From Promethearchaeota archaeon (GTDB taxonomy: Archaea; Asgardarchaeota; Lokiarchaeia; Sigyniarchaeales; SOKP01), in the NCBI GenBank assembly GCA_048937405.1, contig JBHLNF010000002.1:384001-448000 (forward strand): a stretch of DNA of 64,000 bases. Reading direction: 5' to 3'. Under the pieces are notes generated by a model. That model saw only the letters and a program-made list of their open reading frames with translations. It had not been told where the DNA came from and ran no database searches. Below are positions 9,896 through 19,669 of this stretch, piece by piece. The translations under genes were made by a program, and so were the position numbers. Position 1 is the stretch's first letter, and every line of letters begins with the position of its first letter.

Positions 9896-11320
9896 ATGAA
9901 TAAAGAAGATATTTGTTTCATGTCGGCTTATGACATGGCAGAAACGATAAAAAGACAAGAATTAACATCTTTAGAAATAACAGAAACTATCATTGAGAGA
10001 ATAGAAAAAATAAATCCAATTATTAACGCCTATTGTACCACTACTTTTGATATTGCAAGGGAAAATGCTAAAAAAGCCGATGAGGCCGTAAAAAAAGGGG
10101 AAAAATTAGGATTATTACATGGAATTCCTACATCTATTAAAGATTTAGAAAACACAGACGGAATAAGAACAACAATGGGATGTAAAATTTATGAACATAA
10201 TATCCCAAAAAAAGATGCTATCCCTGTTAAAAGAATAAAAGATGCTGGTGCAATAATTTTAGGCAAAACTAATACCCCTTCCTTAGGATATAAAGGGGTT
10301 ACAGATAATTTAATTTTTGGTGCAACAAAAAATCCTTGGAACTTAGAAAAAACATGTGGAGGATCTAGTGGTGGTGCTGCCGCTGCTGTTGCATCTGGAT
10401 TGGGCCCATTAGCACTGGGTTCTGATGGTGGAGGTTCAATTAGAATACCTAGTAGCTTCTGTGGAGTATATGGATTTAAACCCAATTATGGTCGGATCCC
10501 GCATGATTATATGAAATTTATGGGCTATTTAGGAACTTTAACTCATAAAGGTCCTATTGTGAGATATGTAAAGGATGCCGCATTAATGTTAGATGCAATG
10601 GTTGGAGAAGATATAGTAGATAGATATTCATTACCGAAACCAAATTTTAGTTATTTGGAAGAATTTGAGAATGAGCCTAATAATATACGGATAGGTTATT
10701 CACTTGATCTTGGATTTGCTAAGGCTCTCGATTCAGGAGTTAAAAAAGTAATGCTAGACGCAATTTATAAATTTGAGAATTTAAATTGGTCAATTGAAGA
10801 AAGTAGTATTAAACTGCCGAGTCCAGCAATGGCACATTGGATTATTTGGACTACGGGATTTTATTATAATTTAAAGCCATATATAAAACAATGGGGAGAT
10901 AAAATAGATCCTCAGTTGGTTGAAATAGTAAAAATAGGATCTCAATTTACAATTGATGATATTAAATGGGCAGAAATTCGAAGAGAAATGGTTTATGAAG
11001 AGATCTGCCGAAATTTTAATAATTTTGATATTCTAATTACTCCCACTTTAGCTTGTCCTGCTTTTAATTTAGATAATCAATTTCCGGAAACAATTGATGG
11101 AAAAAAGGTAGATGCAGGAGCATGGTTACCATTTACATATCCTTTTAACTTGAGTGGACATCCCGCTGCCTCAATATCATGTGGTTGGTCTAGTAATGGA
11201 TTACCAATAGGTATGCAAATTGTTGGTCCTCGTTTAGATGAGTTAATAGTACTTCAAGTTTCAAGAATGTTTGAGGAATTATCTCCATGGCAAGATAAAA
11301 AACCAAATTTTAAACCATAA
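9896..11320 (+). CDS. Amidase signature family protein
   Basis: LHGIPTSIKD, GGSSGG, GSDGGGSIRIP (Ser-cisSer-Lys triad). Confidence 0.95.
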   Translation: MNKEDICFMSAYDMAETIKRQELTSLEITETIIERIEKINPIINAYCTTTFDIARENAKKADEAVKKGEKLGLLHGIPTSIKDLENTDGIRTTMGCKIYEHNIPKKDAIPVKRIKDAGAIILGKTNTPSLGYKGVTDNLIFGATKNPWNLEKTCGGSSGGAAAAVASGLGPLALGSDGGGSIRIPSSFCGVYGFKPNYGRIPHDYMKFMGYLGTLTHKGPIVRYVKDAALMLDAMVGEDIVDRYSLPKPNFSYLEEFENEPNNIRIGYSLDLGFAKALDSGVKKVMLDAIYKFENLNWSIEESSIKLPSPAMAHWIIWTTGFYYNLKPYIKQWGDKIDPQLVEIVKIGSQFTIDDIKWAEIRREMVYEEICRNFNNFDILITPTLACPAFNLDNQFPETIDGKKVDAGAWLPFTYPFNLSGHPAASISCGWSSNGLPIGMQIVGPRLDELIVLQVSRMFEELSPWQDKKPNFKP

Positions 11321-11356
11321 TTTATTTTTTCATTTGCTAATTTTGTCTTTAAAAGA

Positions 11357-12436
11357 TTATATATTAGAAGTGGTAATATAAGAGGAATCTCCAATAGTAA
11401 TACTTTTCTTAATTAAGTCTTCTAAAATTGTATAATCTCCAACAATACTTTTGGATGAAATAATTTTTCTTAAGTTAGCTCCATCACCAATTACAGAATC
11501 AGATATAATACATTTTTCTAAAACTACATTATCTCCAATTGATACATTTGGTCCGATAACAGAGTCAATTATTTTAATATTTTCACCAATGAAAATGGGA
11601 GGAACTATTTTTGAATCTATTATATTACCAGACTGATATAGTTTTTCATATGTAGGATCTTGTATTTTAACTTCAGCTAATAATAGACGATTCCCTGCTA
11701 TTAAACTTTCAGGACGTCCAAAATCTAAAATCTCTTTTTTCATTTCATTAATTTTTAATTTAAATCCTTCTTCAATTAATTGCTGAATAATTGGCGTAAT
11801 AGTATGCTCTTGACCATTTTCTAATGGGATCTTACTTTGATTTTCTAACAATTCAAATAATCGTGGTATCATATTCATTCCAAATAAGTATACCCCAGAT
11901 ACTGCGAGATTTGATTTTGGTTTAATTGGTTTCTCTTGTATCTTCTTTACTGTTCCATTTTCATCTAATTCAATCACACCATAAAATTGAGGATTTTCGA
12001 CTTGTTTAACATTTATTACACCATCACAAATATCTTGATGAAAGTTTAATATAATTTGTGAATAGTCTTCTAAGGGTAATCTATCACTTAAAAATATAAA
12101 AAGATCATCATTTTCAACAAAACTTTTAGCTAATAATATAGCATCTCCAAGACCACTAAAATATGGAGTGTCTGCTTCGAATCCTAAAGGTTTCTGCTCA
12201 ATAAAATAGAGATTAAAATAATCTGAATGATTCAATTTAAGATATTCTGTTATTTGTCTTTTTTTATATCCAACTATAAAACAGATATTTGTTCCCTTTG
12301 GAAAGGAATTTTTGAGTTTTATAAGAATATGATCAATTAATCTTCTCCCTGCTACTTTTAAAAAAGCTTTTGGCTTAGAATATGTAAATGGCTGTAATCT
12401 TTTACCTACACCAGCAATAGGACAAATAAGCCACAT
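11357..12436 (-). CDS. Sugar-phosphate nucleotidyltransferase with C-terminal left-handed beta-helix (glucose-1-phosphate thymidylyltransferase long-form-like)
   Basis: IAGVGKRLQPFTYSKPK, EKP, DFGRPE, hexapeptide repeats (IGPNVSIGDNVV). Confidence 0.85.
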   Translation of the reverse strand: MWLICPIAGVGKRLQPFTYSKPKAFLKVAGRRLIDHILIKLKNSFPKGTNICFIVGYKKRQITEYLKLNHSDYFNLYFIEQKPLGFEADTPYFSGLGDAILLAKSFVENDDLFIFLSDRLPLEDYSQIILNFHQDICDGVINVKQVENPQFYGVIELDENGTVKKIQEKPIKPKSNLAVSGVYLFGMNMIPRLFELLENQSKIPLENGQEHTITPIIQQLIEEGFKLKINEMKKEILDFGRPESLIAGNRLLLAEVKIQDPTYEKLYQSGNIIDSKIVPPIFIGENIKIIDSVIGPNVSIGDNVVLEKCIISDSVIGDGANLRKIISSKSIVGDYTILEDLIKKSITIGDSSYITTSNI

Positions 12437-12522
12437 TTATTATCCGAAGTTGCATCTAATTTTAAATATAGAAATTATAAACTTCTATTAAATAAAAAGT
12501 ATATTGAAATGTCTTTATCAAT

Positions 12523-13056
12523 CTATATTATTCCAACTAATTTATCCAAGATTTGATAATATTCTGCTTCTTTAAGTTTCTCTTTGAGATTACTTTTCAA
12601 TTTTCTCAAATAATAATTATCTGAATTTGTTCTTGGTGTATTATAAATTAGTTTATTTAATGCAACTCTAGTTTTCTCATCAAGGAATTTTGGTGGAATT
12701 TCTTTGTATCTTTCAATTATTTTCCTTTTTTGATTATAATTAGCAGATTTCTCTCCAAAATCAGAACTAAAATTAACAAGTGAATATAAATTTCTTATCC
12801 ACATTTCAATTTTTGCAATATCTCCCTTTAAATATGTCCGTTGATTTAACCAATCTCTAAACTCTATAATATTATCTAAAAAAATATCTTCTTTGGATAA
12901 ATCCATAGATTTTTGCGCTTCTTTTTGAGTCATATCTCGAATCTTCTTTTTCTTTAGATTCTGAACTTCTTGCTTAGATAGTTTTTTAAAAGCTTTCTCT
13001 CTTCTCAATCGTTCTTCTTTAGAGGCTTTTTCATTAAGCCATTTATCAATTGACAT
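12523..13056 (-). CDS. Hypothetical basic helical protein
   Basis: 177-aa ORF preceded by AGGTGA SD. Confidence 0.6.
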   Translation of the reverse strand: MSIDKWLNEKASKEERLRREKAFKKLSKQEVQNLKKKKIRDMTQKEAQKSMDLSKEDIFLDNIIEFRDWLNQRTYLKGDIAKIEMWIRNLYSLVNFSSDFGEKSANYNQKRKIIERYKEIPPKFLDEKTRVALNKLIYNTPRTNSDNYYLRKLKSNLKEKLKEAEYYQILDKLVGII

Positions 13057-13195
13057 ATTGTTTCACCTATTTATTAAACTAAAACATTAATATTTTGTTT
13101 TTTATGATGTACTTAACAGAAATGATAGAATACATATTTACATTTTATTTCAGATAAGTTAAAATTAAGTTTTACTCTTTATAATTATTAACACG

Positions 13196-13966
13196 ATGAT
13201 GATTAAAGGAATTATTTTTGATTTTGGGTTTACATTGTTTCACTTTATTAATCCTTCTGTTGAAAGATATTATGAATGTTATAAAAATGGGTTATTAAAA
13301 TCTATTAAAATTCTAAGGGAAAAAAAAATTTGGAATGAAAAATTGTCACATGAATCATTTTTTGAGGAATTTATCAAAAGAAGACAAAATTTTTTCAGAG
13401 AAAGTATTAAGACAAAAACAGAATTTCCCACTTCACTGATTTTTAAAAGTGTTTTAGAATCTCTTAGAGAGGAAGAAATTATTTCTAATCTCGAGCATAT
13501 TGATGATAATACCTATGATAAATTAGCTGAATTATATCATTCTTGTGAAGAAGAAGAATGGGAACCCTTTGAAAACACAAGGGAAACTTTAGAAACGTTG
13601 ACAGAAATGAAATTAAAATTAGCTTTAATTTCCAACCATCCAAATCATCGAACTATAAAAAATATGTTAAAAAGGTATGATCTAGCGAAATTTTTTAATC
13701 CAATAATGACCTCTGCCAAATATGGGAAAAGAAAACCAGATCCTAGCATATTTTTACATACAATTGAGAAAATGGGTTTAAAGGATCAAAATAATTCAAT
13801 AATTATGTGTGGAGATGAATATGCAGATATTATTGGTGCTCAAAGAGCAAACATTCAGTCAATTTTACTTGAAAGAAAATATAAATTTCCTTTTGAAAAA
13901 GAAATAAATATAGAAAATCTGAGAAAAATAAGCATTATTTCAGAAATTTTTGATTATATTAAATAA
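13196..13966 (+). CDS. HAD-superfamily hydrolase
   Basis: IIFDFGFTL motif I, ISN motif II, KPDPSIF, GDEYADIIGA. Confidence 0.9.
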   Translation: MMIKGIIFDFGFTLFHFINPSVERYYECYKNGLLKSIKILREKKIWNEKLSHESFFEEFIKRRQNFFRESIKTKTEFPTSLIFKSVLESLREEEIISNLEHIDDNTYDKLAELYHSCEEEEWEPFENTRETLETLTEMKLKLALISNHPNHRTIKNMLKRYDLAKFFNPIMTSAKYGKRKPDPSIFLHTIEKMGLKDQNNSIIMCGDEYADIIGAQRANIQSILLERKYKFPFEKEINIENLRKISIISEIFDYIK

Positions 13967-14003
13967 TTTTAATAAATAGTTTATTAAAGACTTAAGATAA
14001 TAG

Positions 14004-14135
14004 TGGCCTGGGGGGGATTTGAACCCTCGATTTCCAGTGTAAAATGTTTTTTTTCCATATCTGGCTCCGCAAGCCAGCGCCCTATCCATTCCATATCTCA
14101 GAAAATTTTCTAGAGATATACTAGACTACCAGGCC
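14004..14135 (-). tRNA. tRNA-Arg(GCG) with two non-canonical introns (14088-14119 in the D-loop; 14032-14058 in the variable region)
   Basis: Removing both introns gives a 73-nt cloverleaf: GGCCTGG TA GTCT AGTGGATA GGGC G CTGGC TTGCGGA GCCAG ATATC GAGGG TTCAAAT CCCCC CCAGGCC A. Both junctions fold into relaxed bulge-helix-bulge motifs. Confidence 0.9.
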
Positions 14136-14604
14136 TAAATAAATTATGAGTTTTAATTTTATTAAGATTTAATTACGATTATATTTTATTGAATTTCTTT
14201 AGCTTTTTAGTTTTTTTTGCTTTAATTAATAGTTAAATCCTACTCTAATTAAAGTGCTTGAATTAATTAGATTATGACTGTATTGATTAATGTAATAATT
14301 ACTTCCTCTATTAATATAAGTATATTAATGGAATGTTCCTCTTATGAGTTCTATAAGGAAAACCATTTTTCTGCACTATAATAATCTATGTATTCCCTAC
14401 TATAATTAGAGGATGTTTCTATTTAAAGGAAATAAAACTTATCATTTTTGAAAATAGAAGCTATTGTTTTTATTTGAAAAAGAGCAACAAACAAATTTTA
14501 TTAAAATTTTATTATAAATAATAATATTTTTATCATTATTTAGGATGTTAATTATAAACGAGGATTATAAATCCTTAAAATAATTTGTCAGAAGTAAATT
14601 TTCA

Positions 14605-16365
14605 ATGAACGTTGAAGAGATAAGAAAGATCTTATGGTTAAGTGGATTGAAAAATTCAGTTAAATTCAATGGAAAACCAAACAAAAAAGCAATAATGGGA
14701 AAACTCATGGCTACGAGATCTGACTTAAGATCAGAAACTAAAATAATTTTACCATTATTAGAGCAAATTATTGGAGAAATTTTGAAATTAACTATAGATC
14801 AACAGACGGAACAGTTATTAAAATTGGATCCACATGCTTTGGATAAAGAAGTAAAAAGGAAAGAAACAAAAGAATTACCAGAATTACCAAATATTTCAAA
14901 TTACAAAAAAGTAATTATGCGTTTAGCACCTTATCCTAGTGGTGCATTGCATATTGGAAATGCTAGAATGATTGTATTAAATGATGAATATGTGAAAAAA
15001 TATAATGGAGAACTTATTTTATTTTATGATGATACAATTGGAAGCCCAAAATCATTGCGTGATAGTCCCAAAGCTAAATATGTATTACCTCAAGCTTACG
15101 ATTTAATTAAGGAAGGTTTAGATTGGCTAGGAGTAAAGTATAGTAAAATATATTATAAAAGTGAACGTTTAGAAATATTTTATGAGTATTGTGAAAAACT
15201 AATTAAGGACAGTATCGCTTATGTTTGTTTTTGTCCTGCAGATAAATTTAGGGAAGAATTCAAAAAAAATAAGAAAGCTTGCCCACATAGAACCAATTCG
15301 ATTGAAACGAACTTAGAACAATGGCAAAACATGCTTAATGGGGTATATCATGAGGGTGAAGCAGTTGTGAGATTAAAAACTGGAATGGATCAAAAAAATC
15401 CAGCCCTACGAGACCAAATAATTATGAGAATTTCTGAAGCAGAACATCCAAGAGTAGGGAGTAAGTATGTAGTATGGCCTATGCTAGAGTATAGTTGGGC
15501 TATTGATGATTTCCTTATTGGGGCTTCTCATATATTGAGAGGAATAGATTTAGTAAAGGAAGGTCTTATTGAAGAGTTTATTTGGGATCATTTTGGTTGG
15601 AAAAAAGCGGAATTACTTTATTATGGAAGAATAAATTTTTCTGATATGAAATTAAGTAAAACAAAATCAAGAAATAATATCCAAAGTGGAAAATATGAAG
15701 GATGGGATGATCCAAGAACATGGAGCTTGCAATCTCTAAAAAAACGGGGAATTAGGCCGGAAGCATTGCGAGAAACGCTATTAGATCTTGGTATGTCTCA
15801 ATCTGGAATAAGATTCTCTGTAAATTGGCTATATTCAAAAAATCAGGAAATAATAGATGAAATATCTAACCGTTATTTTTATGTAGAAGATCCAGTCATG
15901 CTAGTAATTGATAAAGTACCAGAAAAGAAATATATTGCCGAACCATTATTGCTTCCAACAGAGCCAAAAAAAGGAAAAAGGAAGATTAAATGTATAACAA
16001 ATCAAAATCAATTAATTTTACTAATTTCTTTAGTGGATGCTAAAACATTAGAAAAAGATGTAATTATACGGTTAAAGGATCTGATAAATGTCAAAGTGAA
16101 CTCTATTAGCTTAAAAAGTGAAAAAATATATGCTACTTATGAAAGTAAAGAGTTAAACCGAGAATTTCAAATTATTCATTGGGTTCCTCAAGATGAAAAT
16201 ATAAAAGTCTCAATCCTAAAACCTAATGGGACATTATCAAAAGGCTTTGGAGAGATTGAGCTAATAAAAATACCCTTGGAAAAAACAATTCAGTTTGAAC
16301 GCTATGGATTTGTAAATCCTGTTGAAAGGGAAAAAAATCATCTTTACTGTTATTTTACTCACTAA
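14605..16365 (+). CDS. gltX: Glutamate--tRNA ligase (archaeal type)
   Basis: RLAPYPSGALHIGN (HIGH), SHILRGID, LSKT, GWDDPR, QFERYGF. Confidence 0.95.
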   Translation: MNVEEIRKILWLSGLKNSVKFNGKPNKKAIMGKLMATRSDLRSETKIILPLLEQIIGEILKLTIDQQTEQLLKLDPHALDKEVKRKETKELPELPNISNYKKVIMRLAPYPSGALHIGNARMIVLNDEYVKKYNGELILFYDDTIGSPKSLRDSPKAKYVLPQAYDLIKEGLDWLGVKYSKIYYKSERLEIFYEYCEKLIKDSIAYVCFCPADKFREEFKKNKKACPHRTNSIETNLEQWQNMLNGVYHEGEAVVRLKTGMDQKNPALRDQIIMRISEAEHPRVGSKYVVWPMLEYSWAIDDFLIGASHILRGIDLVKEGLIEEFIWDHFGWKKAELLYYGRINFSDMKLSKTKSRNNIQSGKYEGWDDPRTWSLQSLKKRGIRPEALRETLLDLGMSQSGIRFSVNWLYSKNQEIIDEISNRYFYVEDPVMLVIDKVPEKKYIAEPLLLPTEPKKGKRKIKCITNQNQLILLISLVDAKTLEKDVIIRLKDLINVKVNSISLKSEKIYATYESKELNREFQIIHWVPQDENIKVSILKPNGTLSKGFGEIELIKIPLEKTIQFERYGFVNPVEREKNHLYCYFTH

Positions 16366-16554
16366 TCAACTTTTAAGTATATCTTAAAATAATTTTTCTT
16401 CTATTTAGCCTGTAAATCTTTCGATTATTTTCTAAAGATAATAAATCAAAATATTCTAAAAATATAAAGAATAAGGATAAAATTTTAATAATTATCTATA
16501 AATTTGTAACTCTGTAAGATACATGATAAATTAATTTCAATAAGAACATACCTA

Positions 16555-18471
16555 ATGCTCTCTTATCTTCCTTGTAAAAATTGTGGTTCTGGATTGCCTC
16601 TTGTAAAGGGATCAGATGCTAAGTGTCCTTATTGTGGGGCAAAATCTTCGTATATGGAATCCAAATTATCCTTAAAATATTATTTAAATGAAATTTTACA
16701 TATTGAATCAATTAAAAAAAAAAAAATTATTAAAGATTCAGAAATCGAAAGAAGAAAGGCTTTAATAAATTCTTTTTTTTCTAAGTTGAAATCTGATTTC
16801 AATGAATATAGACATTTAATTTTGACTAAATTGGATAAGATTAGTATTGATCCTATAAAACTATATATTTTAATTCGGTCTTCTGGTAATTTTGAAATTA
16901 TAATTGAAAAATATCTTTTAACTTATCTAAGAGATGAAGTTATAAGAAAAAAATATCGAGAATTTCGAGATATTGTTTATATAATCAATAAGTCTTCTTT
17001 AGGATTATATTTTAGTTATTTAGCTAGGAACTCATCATGCTTTGAAATTAGTTTTAAATATTATCAGTTTGTTGAAAAAAATTACAGAAATATTGTTGAT
17101 TTTTATAATATAACACAATTTGAGAATGATAATCCTAAAGTTAACGAAAAAAGAGTATTGTATGAGATTTTAACCGAATTTGCCATAATATTACGAGGAA
17201 TTCTAAACAAAAATCCTAAATATTATTCAAAAAAATTAGAGGATTTATTATTTAAACTAAATAGAATTAAAGCTAAGGGTTTTCATAAATATATTTTATA
17301 TTCTCAAATTGAAAGTATATACAAATTGGAACATAACACAAGTGTTTTATTAGAAAAAGTTAAACTTAGTAATCCATTTTTATTTACTTATTTTTTTGAG
17401 GAAAATTTTATTTATAATACAGAAGAAAATCTTAAGAAAATAAATAGTGTAAGAAATTGGATAAAAAATTTATCTGATAATTATCGATTATTTCAAGCAA
17501 ATCTTTTAAAATTACATTCTGGAAGACTAATTAATTATCTTGAATCATACAATACAGAATTTGCAAATTATGAATATTTCTATATTAAAAAATTCAATAG
17601 GTTACTTGAGGAAATGATTATGAGAGCTTTTGAGGTTTATAACTCTGAAGCTGTTGAAATTATAAAATTCGCTGGTGATCTTTTGTATGAAGATATATTC
17701 AATGAGGAAATTATTAAGAAGTTTGAAATTAAATATAATTATTTGATCAATTTAGATGAATCATTAAAAAAGTTTATTACAAATATTTTTCAAAAACCTC
17801 TTCTTCGAAAATTTACATCAGAATATTATAAAAAATTAACATCACTTATTTCAGTCAAACATTCAGAATTTGATCAACATATCTTAAAGTTTATCAATAG
17901 AATATTCCAATATTTCGAAGATTTTAGAAGTAAAAATATTCTCTCTTTAGAAGAACAAAAATATCAGTTTAAAAATAAAATTCAACCTACACTTCAAAAA
18001 CTTCTTAATCTTAGTTTCAATTTAAATGAGAGTATATTATCCTATCCTCTTTTCATTGATATCAAAGTACAAAATAAAACCTTAAAACAAAATAATCCCG
18101 AAACTATTAACCTTATTATTGAAAATCCTAATTTAACTGCTATTAAAGATATCAAGATTTATTTTTTCATGCCTACTTCTTTTCAATCTAAATTGAAATC
18201 TACTAGTATAAAAAGACTTAGAGTAAATGAAAGAAGAAAAATCAAGATTAAAATTACACCTAGAGATTATGGGACCTCTTTTTTTATGGTGATGGCAGAA
18301 TATCAACATACAAATAAAACTTTTTGGATGCCATCAATTAGACTTAAATTTAAAGTAGAAAGGGTCGAACAAATTGTTAAACATTATTACTATCGATACC
18401 CCAATTCGGGATTTTTTCAAAATGAAATAGATTTTTATAGGATCAATAGATTTGTAAAAAATTATGTTTAA
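16555..18471 (+). CDS. Hypothetical: N-terminal zinc ribbon, long helical region, C-terminal Ig-like beta-sandwich
   Basis: CKNCG...CPYCG; C-terminal INLIIENPNLTAIKDIKIYF...LRVNERRKIKIKITP. Confidence 0.6.
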   Translation: MLSYLPCKNCGSGLPLVKGSDAKCPYCGAKSSYMESKLSLKYYLNEILHIESIKKKKIIKDSEIERRKALINSFFSKLKSDFNEYRHLILTKLDKISIDPIKLYILIRSSGNFEIIIEKYLLTYLRDEVIRKKYREFRDIVYIINKSSLGLYFSYLARNSSCFEISFKYYQFVEKNYRNIVDFYNITQFENDNPKVNEKRVLYEILTEFAIILRGILNKNPKYYSKKLEDLLFKLNRIKAKGFHKYILYSQIESIYKLEHNTSVLLEKVKLSNPFLFTYFFEENFIYNTEENLKKINSVRNWIKNLSDNYRLFQANLLKLHSGRLINYLESYNTEFANYEYFYIKKFNRLLEEMIMRAFEVYNSEAVEIIKFAGDLLYEDIFNEEIIKKFEIKYNYLINLDESLKKFITNIFQKPLLRKFTSEYYKKLTSLISVKHSEFDQHILKFINRIFQYFEDFRSKNILSLEEQKYQFKNKIQPTLQKLLNLSFNLNESILSYPLFIDIKVQNKTLKQNNPETINLIIENPNLTAIKDIKIYFFMPTSFQSKLKSTSIKRLRVNERRKIKIKITPRDYGTSFFMVMAEYQHTNKTFWMPSIRLKFKVERVEQIVKHYYYRYPNSGFFQNEIDFYRINRFVKNYV

Positions 18472-18534
18472 AACTTTAATTGAACTTTATTATAGAAATA
18501 AAAATCTTTTTGTAATTTAATTAACTTTTGTATT

Positions 18535-19647
18535 TTGAAAATGAATGATAGAGAAATTCAAGAATCTGAAAATCCTAATAAAAATACGACTATTAGGGAT
18601 AAAAATTGGTCCTTCTGTCCTGTTTGTGGAAATAAACTTCCAGAAGTCCAAAATCTTAGGTTCTGTATAAAATGTGGGATAAATCTTCAATATCTTAAGG
18701 AATATAAACAAATTAAGGCAAAAAGAAATGTAAATCCTTATATTATACCCACATTATCTCCCCAATCTCGCATACCTCAAATTAAGCATGAACCTAGAAA
18801 AATTTCAGATGAAGATATATTAAATACAAAAGAATCTGAATTATGGGGAACTTGGCCTTCAATTGGAATTCCTTTAGGAGCATTTTTATTAATGAATGTT
18901 TTAACAATCGTAATTCTTATTCCGCTTATCTTTATCTATTCTTTTAATTTGGATAGAATAATGGATTTTATGTTAAATCCTTATTTCATAATAGGTAGTA
19001 CATTTTTAGAACTTGTCTTTATTCTAGTACCTGTATTATATATTGGGCAATATCTTCAAAGACCTACTTTGAACAATAGACTTGGACTATTAGGATTTAC
19101 TAGAAGAAATTTTGATAGAGTTGGATTAATTAAAGAAATCTTAATTGGACTAGGACTTGCTTTAGTAGGGATCGGTTTAGTAATAGGAGTATCAATTTTG
19201 ACTGAGATCTTATTAGAAACTGTTTTTAATGTCACTTTTACTGATAGTTCAACTGAAACAGATATTATATTCACCTCCGCAGATGTTCTTAGTATTATCC
19301 TCTTTTCCATTGTGATGATTCTTATTGTTGGAACCTCTGAAGAGATATTATTTAGGGGATTTATGCAAAAAGGTTTAACTCGAAATTTAGGAAATTGGGG
19401 AGGAATATTACTTACGGCGTTGATTTTTGCAATGATTCATGTTATAGGAGTTTTTGTCTACCTAGATACTCCATTCTTGTTACTTATATCATTTCTTTAT
19501 TTGTTTATTCCATATTTTTCAATCTCACTTTTTTTGGGACTCATTTATTTTTGGCGAAATGAAAATCTGATAGCAGTTTCTATTACTCATGGGGTATATG
19601 ATGCATTAACAATTATCTTAGTGTTCATTTTTCCTAATTTTTTCTAA
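18535..19647 (+). CDS. CPBP (Rce1/Abi-like) intramembrane glutamic protease with N-terminal zinc ribbon
   Basis: EEILFRG, FAMIH, HGVYD motifs; CPVCG...CIKCG. Confidence 0.9.
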   Translation: MKMNDREIQESENPNKNTTIRDKNWSFCPVCGNKLPEVQNLRFCIKCGINLQYLKEYKQIKAKRNVNPYIIPTLSPQSRIPQIKHEPRKISDEDILNTKESELWGTWPSIGIPLGAFLLMNVLTIVILIPLIFIYSFNLDRIMDFMLNPYFIIGSTFLELVFILVPVLYIGQYLQRPTLNNRLGLLGFTRRNFDRVGLIKEILIGLGLALVGIGLVIGVSILTEILLETVFNVTFTDSSTETDIIFTSADVLSIILFSIVMILIVGTSEEILFRGFMQKGLTRNLGNWGGILLTALIFAMIHVIGVFVYLDTPFLLLISFLYLFIPYFSISLFLGLIYFWRNENLIAVSITHGVYDALTIILVFIFPNFF

Positions 19648-19669
19648 TTATTATATTAAGTTAGAAATT

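Noticed and set aside
9896-11320. GatA (Glu-tRNA amidotransferase subunit A), given gltX nearby
   Set aside because: It lacks the GatA-specific DEFAMGS and SRYDG-type motifs, and no gatB or gatC is adjacent; a generic amidase fits better.
14136-14604. Hidden gene or ncRNA in the long spacer between tRNA-Arg and gltX
   Set aside because: Only very short frames and no GC-rich structure; consistent with divergent promoters.
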